From a bacterium (GTDB lineage: Bacteria > Myxococcota_A > UBA9160 > SZUA-336), in NCBI GenBank assembly GCA_041498295.1, contig JBGQIB010000001.1, forward strand, positions 2,428 to 66,427: a DNA stretch of 64,000 nt, in the 5' to 3' direction. The notes beneath the pieces are model-generated. The model was not told where the DNA came from, searched no databases, and worked only from the letters and a program-made list of their open reading frames with translations. Shown piece after piece: positions 57,472 to 64,000 of this stretch. The position numbers and the translations under genes were made by a program. How positions within the stretch are numbered: the first letter of the stretch is position 1; every line of letters begins with the position of its first letter.

Positions 57472-58359
57472 TCAGGCGGTCTCTCCCGCCATGGCCAGGA
57501 CTCGCTCTGCTTGGGTCAGATGCGGCTTGTCGAGCATCTGGCCGTCGAGGCCGACGGTGCCGGCGCTGGGATTCGCGCGGAATGCGGCGACGACGCGGCG
57601 CGCGCGCGCAACCTCTTCCTGGGTCGGGCTGAACGCGCGCTGAATCACGGGGACCTGGTCGGGGTGAATCGCGATCTTGCCCGTGAAGCCGTCCATGCGC
57701 GCGCGCGCGCAGGTCTTCTCGAGACCGGCCGTATCGCGGAAGTCCGGATACACCGTGTCGATCGGCTGCACGCCGGCGGCGACGGCGCCCGCGAGACACA
57801 GCGCTCTCGCGAGTTGGTAGACGAATGCGAGCTCGCCGTCGGGACCGCGGTTCGTGCTCGCGCCGAGCGCCGCGGGCAAGTCCTCGGCGCCCCACGTGAG
57901 CCCCGCGAGGCGCTGACTCACTCCGCCGTAGGTGTGCAGATGGAACAGCGCGCGCGCCGTCTCCGTCGCGACCGGTAGGATGCGCGTGCGCCCGTCCGCG
58001 AGCCCCTCGCGCGCCTCGAGCGCCGAAAGGAAGTGCGCGAGCTGCACGACCGCCTCGCCGGAGTCCGCCTTCGGCAGCACGATGCCGTCGGGCGCGCCCG
58101 GCATGACTCCGGCGAGATCGGCGAGCGACTCGCCGGACGCGAGCGGATTGATGCGCACCCAGAGCTCCGGTCGGCGCGCGCCCGACGCGCCGCGCCGCGA
58201 CGACAGGTACTCGCGTACGAGCGTGCGTCCCGCGGGCCTGCGCTCCGCAGCGACGGCGTCTTCGAGATCGAGGATCAGCACGTCCGCGCCGATCCCCTCG
58301 GCCTTCGCGAGCTTGCGCTCGCTGTCGCCTGGAACGAAGAGCCAAGCCCTGGAGACCAC
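57472..58359 (-). CDS. HpcH/HpaI aldolase / citrate-lyase beta subunit (CitE)-like / (3S)-malyl-CoA lyase-like protein. GTG start at VVSRAWLFVPG.
   Basis: LFVPGD...ILDLEDAV, GIVLPKA, C-terminal motifs. The ATG at 58410 would overlap the divergent LLM gene start (CATG), so the internal GTG is preferred. Confidence 0.7.
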   Translation of the reverse strand: MVSRAWLFVPGDSERKLAKAEGIGADVLILDLEDAVAAERRPAGRTLVREYLSSRRGASGARRPELWVRINPLASGESLADLAGVMPGAPDGIVLPKADSGEAVVQLAHFLSALEAREGLADGRTRILPVATETARALFHLHTYGGVSQRLAGLTWGAEDLPAALGASTNRGPDGELAFVYQLARALCLAGAVAAGVQPIDTVYPDFRDTAGLEKTCARARMDGFTGKIAIHPDQVPVIQRAFSPTQEEVARARRVVAAFRANPSAGTVGLDGQMLDKPHLTQAERVLAMAGETA

Positions 58360-58408
58360 GCGCGGAGCGTACCCCAACTCCGATAGACTCGCGCCGAAGG
58401 AGCCTTGC

Positions 58409-59578
58409 ATGTCCGAGTTCGCGCTGCGCAATGGGATCTTTCTCGCGCCGTTCCACCCCGTCGACGAGGATCCGACACGCGCGCTGCGGCGCGACCTCGA
58501 GCTCGTCGAGTTTCTCGACAAGATCGGGTACGAGGAAGCCTGGATCGGCGAGCACCACTCCGCCGGCTACGAGATCATCGCGTCGCCCGAGCTGTTCATC
58601 GCCGCGGCGGCGGAGCGCACGCGCCGCATCCGACTCGGCACCGGCGTGATCTCGCTCCCGTATCACAATCCGCTGATGGTCGCGGACCGCATGATCCAGC
58701 TCGACCACATGACGCAGGGCCGCGCGATGTTCGGCGTCGGCCCAGGTCTACTGCCCTCCGACGCGCACATGCTCGGGATCCCGGTTGCGAAGCAGCGCGA
58801 CCGCATGATCGAGTCTCTCGAAGTGATTCTGCGTCTGCTCGCCGGCGAGACCGTGAGCGCGAAGACGGAGTGGTTCGAGCTGCACGACGCGCGCTGTCAA
58901 CTGCGCCCGTACACGCGGCCGCGTCCGCACATCGCCGTGGCGAGCACGGTGACTCCGTCGGGCGGGCGCGCGGCCGGGCGCTACGGGCTCGGCATGCTCT
59001 GCGTAGCCTCGACGCAGCCCGACGGCTTCGACGCGCTCGGGGTGAACTGGAAGATCGCCTGCGAGTTCGCGGCGGAGCGAGGCGCCGAGATGAACCGCGA
59101 CGAGCTGCGGCTCGTCGCGCCGATCCATGTCGCGGCCACGCGCGACGAGGCGCGCAAGAACGTGAAGTTCGGCATCGAGAAATGGGCGGCGTACTTCAAT
59201 CGCATCAGCCCGGCGGGCTTCGGCAATCCCGCGCCGAGCGGCGATCTCGTCGACGGCATGATCGAATCCGGACGCGCCGTGATCGGCACGCCCGACGACG
59301 CGGTCGAGCTGATCGAGCGGCTCGAGAAGAAGTCGGGCGGCTTTGGCGCGTTCCTGCAGCTCGCGCACAACTGGGCCGACTTCGAAGCGACGAAAAAGTC
59401 CTACGAGCTGATCGCGCGTCATGTGACTCCCCGTCTCCAGGGCGCCAATCGCGCGCGCGAAGCCTCACTCGCGTTCGCGGGCGACGGCAGCGCCAAGTTC
59501 ATGGGCGACGCCATGGCCGCCGCCACCGCCTTCATCCAGCGCCACGCCCAGGAAGAGGCCGCCAAGAAGCGTCCCTGA
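58409..59578 (+). CDS. LLM-class (luciferase-like) flavin-dependent oxidoreductase.
   Basis: GAAGGAG RBS 7 nt upstream. LLM fold motifs (EAWIGEHH, GVGPG). Confidence 0.85.
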   Translation: MSEFALRNGIFLAPFHPVDEDPTRALRRDLELVEFLDKIGYEEAWIGEHHSAGYEIIASPELFIAAAAERTRRIRLGTGVISLPYHNPLMVADRMIQLDHMTQGRAMFGVGPGLLPSDAHMLGIPVAKQRDRMIESLEVILRLLAGETVSAKTEWFELHDARCQLRPYTRPRPHIAVASTVTPSGGRAAGRYGLGMLCVASTQPDGFDALGVNWKIACEFAAERGAEMNRDELRLVAPIHVAATRDEARKNVKFGIEKWAAYFNRISPAGFGNPAPSGDLVDGMIESGRAVIGTPDDAVELIERLEKKSGGFGAFLQLAHNWADFEATKKSYELIARHVTPRLQGANRAREASLAFAGDGSAKFMGDAMAAATAFIQRHAQEEAAKKRP

Positions 59579-59866
59579 TCGCGGTCACCGCAGCCAAGAC
59601 TCACGCCTATTCGCGCGCGGGCGCCCCCGTCCTCCGCTCTCGCGAGAGTGACCCGATGGCCGCCCCCACCGCCTTCCCCTGGCGCCCCGCCCAAGAAGCA
59701 GACGCGGACGCGAGCGTCACAAGACTCATGCCTGTTCGCGCGCGGGGCGCGGGCGCGCAGCTCGACGAGGAGGGTCGAGCGCGTACCCGCGCGAAGGGGA
59801 CCCCCGAGGAGAGCTGCGCGACCGCGCCCCGCGCGCTCCTGGTGTCCGGCTCCCTAGAGTGACTCG

Positions 59867-60991
59867 CTAGCGCGAGTTCCTAAAGCTATCGCCGACGTGC
59901 AAGTCCCGCTCTGACTTCATCACGAGCGCGAGCGACGTTCCGTCGCCCGCCTTCACGACGAAGAGATCGCCGATCACGTCGTCGGGAACCATCAGCAGCT
60001 CCTTCGTCAGCGGATCGCGCACTTCGCGCGACGGCCGATACACCACGAGCCGTCGGCCCGCAACCATTCCTTGCCGCGTGCCCGCGTCCAGGATCACGAA
60101 GTCACCCGCGCCGGTTCGTTGGCGATACGGCTGAAAGGCGACGATCTGTCCCTGCACGGCCTCGCCGCTGCGCACCTCGGTGATCGCCGGCGGTTCCTCG
60201 ACGAACGGAATCACGCGGTCACCGGGCTGGATCTCGGAATACGAGGTGATGATCTTCGCCCAGCTCGTCTCGGGATAGAGCTGAGTGATCTCGGCCTTGC
60301 CCAGGACCTGGACGAAGTAGCCGATCGTCTCGCCCGTCTTCGGGTGGCGCAGCGCGCGCCGCACGCGGAAGACCGTGAACGCGTCGCCGACGTGTCCCTG
60401 ACCCTCTCCCACGGATATGATCGTGCGCTGGCCCTGTGAGACCCACACGTTCTCTTCGTGGTTCCCCATGACGGCGCCAGCGGCCTTCAGCTCGTCGCTC
60501 GTGACGAAGCTGACACCTTGCAGTGTTGGGACCTCGATCTTCACGTCGCCAGTCACGTCCGCCGCGTCGAGCGAAGCGAATGGATCGCTCTCGTCCTGCG
60601 CAGGCTGCGGGGCCTTTGCGGCCTCCGGCGACGCCGGGACTTCGGGCGCGGCGAGCGCCTCGGGCGTGACCTGCCCGGCGGCGGCCAGTCGCGCCGCCTC
60701 CTCGGGCGTCAGCTTGCGCATCGACCCCGCGGAGATCCAGATCAGGTCACCCGGATAGATCAGGTGAGGATTGACGAGCTTGGGCTCGTTCTCCTTCCAA
60801 ACGGAGGGCCAGATCCAAGGCGTACCGAGATACTTCTCGGAGATCGCCCAGAGCGTGTCACCCTTCTGGACCTTGTAGATCTGTCCTTTTCGGCCGTCGG
60901 GAGTGACACCCTCGCCTTGCTCCTGCGCGAGGCAGAGCGTAGGCAGGATCAGCAAACCGATGGCGAGCGTGATGGGGCGCAGCGAGGACAT
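59867..60991 (-). CDS. Secreted LysM-domain peptidoglycan-binding protein.
   Basis: Signal peptide. YKVQKGDTLWAISEKYLG...YPGDLIWI LysM motif. Pro/Ala-rich linker. Confidence 0.8.
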   Translation of the reverse strand: MSSLRPITLAIGLLILPTLCLAQEQGEGVTPDGRKGQIYKVQKGDTLWAISEKYLGTPWIWPSVWKENEPKLVNPHLIYPGDLIWISAGSMRKLTPEEAARLAAAGQVTPEALAAPEVPASPEAAKAPQPAQDESDPFASLDAADVTGDVKIEVPTLQGVSFVTSDELKAAGAVMGNHEENVWVSQGQRTIISVGEGQGHVGDAFTVFRVRRALRHPKTGETIGYFVQVLGKAEITQLYPETSWAKIITSYSEIQPGDRVIPFVEEPPAITEVRSGEAVQGQIVAFQPYRQRTGAGDFVILDAGTRQGMVAGRRLVVYRPSREVRDPLTKELLMVPDDVIGDLFVVKAGDGTSLALVMKSERDLHVGDSFRNSR

Positions 60992-61084
60992 GGATTCCCC
61001 CTTCTGCGCCGCGCATCGGCACGTGGCCAGTGCGCCTTTACCCGAGCGCGCGCGGAGCCGCGAAGGCGCGCCCTGGCGCGCCGC

Positions 61085-63532
61085 TCAGCCGGTTTGAAGC
61101 TCCTTGAGGAGCTTCTCGGCCTCGGCGCGTTCGTTGAACTGCGCCGCTTCGTCGAGCGCGCGCTTGAGCTCCGCGACGGCCCGGTCGCGCTCGCCGTTCT
61201 TGTCATAGGCCTTCGCCAGGTGGTAGCGGACGGTGCCGCGCAGCGGATGGCCCTCGGGGTAGCCCTCGATCGCCTCCTTGAAGAGCGCGATGGCCGCGGC
61301 GGAGATGCCCTTCTTGTACATGATCCAGCCGAGCGTGTCCGCGACGCTGGGCTCGTTGGGCAGCGCGTTCTTCGCGTCCTGCGCGAGCTGCAGCGCGCGA
61401 TCCAGATCGGCGGGGCTCGGGTTGTCCACGTTCGCCAGCAACCAGGCGAGATTGTTCTTTGCGGCGGCCTGGTCCTGGTCGATGCGCAGAACGGCCTCGT
61501 AGTACTCCTTCGCCTGCGCGGTCCTGCCGGCAGACTCACAGAGCTGCGCGAGCTCGAGCGAGATAGCGGCGTTGTCCGGCTGCAGCGCGTGCGCCTTGTC
61601 GAACGTGCTGATCGCCTGGTCCAGGCGCTTCTCGCCGCCCTCTTTGCGCCACAGCTCGCGGTGCAGCTTGCCGAGCGTCATCAGTGACTCGACCCGCTTC
61701 GGGTCCTTCTGGACGGCGATCAGCAGGTCGGCTTCGGCCTTCTCGAACGTGTCCGGCTTCTGATCGGGGCTGCCGAGTCGGATCTTCGCGCGCATCTCGT
61801 AGAGCGCGGCGTTGTCGGGCTGCTCGGCGATCCAGCCGTCGATCTTCTTCATCGCCTGTTCCGGCTGGCGCTCGTCCAGATCCGCTTGCGCGATCTCCGC
61901 CATCACCGCCCCGTTGGTCGGGTCTTGCTGGTGGAGCTTCTCGAGGATCGGCGCGGCGAGCTTCGGCTCGCGCGTGCGCCGGTAGAGCTGCGCGATCTTG
62001 AGCTGGACCTCGGGCGAAGTGCCGTCGGGAATCGAGATCGCGTGCAGAGCCTCGCGCGCCTCGTGGATGCGCTTCAAGCGCACGAGCGCCTCGGCGTAGA
62101 CCAAGGTCACCCGCAGGTCGCCATGGGCTTGATCGAGCGCCGCCTTCGCCTCGCGCGCCGAGTTCTCGTTCTCGTTGGCGTCGAGATACAGAGCGGAGAG
62201 CTGGCTGCGCGCGGGCAAGTTCTGCGCGTCGAGCTGCAGCGCCTGCTGGAACTCACTGCGCGCCAGCTCGGTCTGGTGCTGCGCGAGATACGCGGTGCCG
62301 AGTAACACGTGCGCGCCGGCGTTGGGCTGCTCGTCGATCACGCGCCGCAGGCTGGTCGCCGCCTCGGCGTACTTCTTGTCGAGCAGATAGAACTTCCCCT
62401 CAGTGAACAAGCCGAGGACGCTCTTGGGGTTTTCCTTCAGCACGTCGCGCACGATGGCCCACGCCTCGGGAGTGGGCGTCGCGGACTCGCCCTTCTGATC
62501 GACCATCAGCTCGGCGCGGCGCAAGCGCGCGGACTCGTTCTTCGGCTCGAGCACGATCGCGCGATCGACGTCGGCGAGCGCCTTGTCCATGGCGCCCGTG
62601 CGCCGGTGGTAGTCGGCCAGCACGAGCAGTGGGTCGACGGAGTCGGGCTTCGCCTTCACGCCCTCCTCGAGCATCTCCTCCGCCTTCTCCGCTTTGCCCG
62701 CCGAGTAGTAGAAGCGCGCGAGCGTCAGCAGCACGTTCGTGTCGGCCGGCGCGTCGTCTCGCGCTTGCAACAAAACCTGCTCGGCTTTGTCGTTCTGCGA
62801 CTGATTCATGTAGAAGTTCGCTAGGAAGAGGCGCACCGACGTGCGGTCTTGCGGCGTATCCGCGACGGAGATCGCGGTCTCGAGCTCCTTCAACGCCTCG
62901 TCGTTCTTTCCGATGATCGCGAGAAAGCGCGCGAGGCTCGTGTGATTCGCGGCGGAACCCTTCGCCTCGACCAGCTTGCGCAGCGCTTCCTCGGCGCCGG
63001 CCACGTCGCCTTTGCGCCCGAGCGCCTGGGCCTTGAGCGCGAGCGCCGCCTCGTGCTGAGGGTCCACCTCGAGCGCCGCGTCGACGTCCTCGAGCAAGCC
63101 GTCGACATCGCCCTTCACCGACTTCAGCCCGCCGCGCAGAAGCAGCGCTTCGATGTTCTTCGGATCTTTGTCGAGAAGCACAGTGACTTGCTCGAGCGAG
63201 CCGTCGTAGTCGCGCGCGACGAACAGGACCTGCGCGAGCTTCAGCTTCCACGGCTCGTTGTCAGGCGCGAGCCGGGCCGCTTCCTTGTACTGCCAGAGCG
63301 CTTCGCCGTACTCCTGGAGCGCCCAGAGCGTCTCGGCCATCTGGTAGTGCGCTTCCGCGTCGTTGGGCGCGAGCTTGAGCAGGTTGAGGAGCGCGATCTT
63401 CGCCTCGCTCCATTCCTTTTTGTCGTAGTACTCGGTCGCCGCCTTGCGGCTTTCGGCGATTCGCGTTTCGCGCGAGGTGCAGCCGCCGATGGCAGCGAGC
63501 AGAAAAACGGCAACGAGGACGGCGGCGCGCAT
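61085..63532 (-). CDS. TPR-repeat lipoprotein, PrsT-like (PEP-CTERM system TPR-repeat protein).
   Basis: Lipobox LLAAIGGC. ~20 TPR units across 815 aa. Size and architecture match TIGR02917-type PrsT. Start set at MRAAVL. Confidence 0.7.
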   Translation of the reverse strand: MRAAVLVAVFLLAAIGGCTSRETRIAESRKAATEYYDKKEWSEAKIALLNLLKLAPNDAEAHYQMAETLWALQEYGEALWQYKEAARLAPDNEPWKLKLAQVLFVARDYDGSLEQVTVLLDKDPKNIEALLLRGGLKSVKGDVDGLLEDVDAALEVDPQHEAALALKAQALGRKGDVAGAEEALRKLVEAKGSAANHTSLARFLAIIGKNDEALKELETAISVADTPQDRTSVRLFLANFYMNQSQNDKAEQVLLQARDDAPADTNVLLTLARFYYSAGKAEKAEEMLEEGVKAKPDSVDPLLVLADYHRRTGAMDKALADVDRAIVLEPKNESARLRRAELMVDQKGESATPTPEAWAIVRDVLKENPKSVLGLFTEGKFYLLDKKYAEAATSLRRVIDEQPNAGAHVLLGTAYLAQHQTELARSEFQQALQLDAQNLPARSQLSALYLDANENENSAREAKAALDQAHGDLRVTLVYAEALVRLKRIHEAREALHAISIPDGTSPEVQLKIAQLYRRTREPKLAAPILEKLHQQDPTNGAVMAEIAQADLDERQPEQAMKKIDGWIAEQPDNAALYEMRAKIRLGSPDQKPDTFEKAEADLLIAVQKDPKRVESLMTLGKLHRELWRKEGGEKRLDQAISTFDKAHALQPDNAAISLELAQLCESAGRTAQAKEYYEAVLRIDQDQAAAKNNLAWLLANVDNPSPADLDRALQLAQDAKNALPNEPSVADTLGWIMYKKGISAAAIALFKEAIEGYPEGHPLRGTVRYHLAKAYDKNGERDRAVAELKRALDEAAQFNERAEAEKLLKELQTG

Positions 63533-63623
63533 CTCGAAGATCCTCCATCGGTGCGGTTTCGCCCGAACCTCTAGCATAGCCCGAGTCAGGCCGTACCGGC
63601 GGTAGGTTCGCGAGCGAGAGGTC

Positions 63624-64000
63624 TTAGCTCTCTGCGTCCGCGGACGGGACGAGGTAGCGCTTGCCCTCTTGCTCGAGCCAGCCCTCGTCCTTCAGCTCTT
63701 TGACGACGCGCGTGATGGTCTCTCGGCTGGTGCCGACGAGATCGGCGAGCTGCTGGTGGGTGATCGGAGACGTGGCCATCCGGTCGTCGCGACCGGCGAC
63801 CGGTTCCTTGGCCAGGCGCGCGAGCAGGCGGCGCGTGCGGCCCTCGACGCGCTCGAAGAGCAGACCCTTGATCTGCTCGTCGGTCTCGCGCAGGCGGCGC
63901 GCGAGAACGCGGATCAGCTCGAGGGTCACTTCGTGGTTCTGCTTCAGGAGACCCAGAAAGTCCTGGCGCGAGAGCGCGAGCAACACGCACGGCGTCGTCG
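63624..64000 (-). CDS. Crp/Fnr-family transcriptional regulator, C-terminal HTH part only; gene continues past the window end.
   Basis: HTH segment ITHQQLADLVGTSRETITRVVKELKDEGWL. Upstream cNMP-binding-like sequence runs to position 64000. Confidence 0.7.
   Translation of the reverse strand, partial: TTPCVLLALSRQDFLGLLKQNHEVTLELIRVLARRLRETDEQIKGLLFERVEGRTRRLLARLAKEPVAGRDDRMATSPITHQQLADLVGTSRETITRVVKELKDEGWLEQEGKRYLVPSADAES

Noticed and set aside
58408-58411. CATG: overlapping divergent ATG starts for the CitE-like gene (minus) and the LLM gene (plus).
   Set aside because: Divergent genes sharing start-codon nucleotides leave no promoter space. The CitE-like start was moved to the in-frame GTG at 58359 (VVSRAWLFVPG, matching the family N-terminus), which leaves a ~50-nt divergent spacer.
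57467-58708. 413-aa minus-strand ORF overlapping the LLM oxidoreductase gene.
   Set aside because: It is an antisense shadow ORF. The LLM gene on the plus strand has a GAAGGAG RBS and family motifs.
1-64000. GANTC (CcrM-type) methylation-site explanation for the AGTSACTCG/GAGTC enrichment.
   Set aside because: CcrM is alphaproteobacterial, whereas the gene content points elsewhere. The motif is longer and more specific than GANTC, and its strand bias is not expected for a palindromic methylation site.
1-64000. Search for rRNA, tRNA, CRISPR arrays, integrases/transposases and prophage genes.
   Set aside because: None seen. The only recombinase is housekeeping xerC in its conserved hslVU context. 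No cloverleaf-like or direct-repeat/spacer structures were noticed.

Overview
This is a ~70% GC bacterial chromosomal segment. GTG and TTG start codons and tightly coupled ATGA/GTGA/TTGA stop-start overlaps are frequent. The gene content suggests a Myxococcota- or deltaproteobacterium-like lineage: PEP-CTERM proteins with a PrsT-like TPR lipoprotein, a DUF4388 protein, dimeric GlyRS, KorAB and caa3 assembly factors. This lineage call is inference.

I support ~50 protein genes, most on the minus strand, and found no rRNA, tRNA or CRISPR.

Housekeeping blocks:
- korAB and a thiolase
- glyQS, aspS and valS
- argG, argF and argB
- a dprA-trmFO-xerC-hslV-hslU syntenic block
- purN, rsmE, ctaG-sco1 and a Nif3-like gene

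Accessory content:
- a three-gene Zn-ribbon/SPFH operon (gene-1 start at window edge)
- an operon of a PEP-CTERM protein, an 890-aa secreted ankyrin-repeat protein and a BtuF-like protein
- a frameshifted PEP-CTERM gene with a C8/G8 tract flanked by local repeats
- an AupA/DUF1302-like cluster with a giant 1786-aa outer-membrane protein, an MMPL/RND transporter and a BNR/Ycf48-like lipoprotein
- a lidless Hsp70 with a J-domain TPR partner and a DUF4388 protein
- a REC-GAF-GGDEF regulator, a LysM protein and a Crp/Fnr regulator cut by the window end

Two sequence-level signals stand out:
- a five-copy repeat family that begins exactly at gene stop codons and carries a covarying hairpin
- a strongly over-represented, strand-biased nonamer, AGTSACTCG

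Coordinates follow the supplied ORF track. Internal starts were placed by residue counting. Label-derived positions disagree with the track by 1 nt in a few places (for example near 23787 and 42016).
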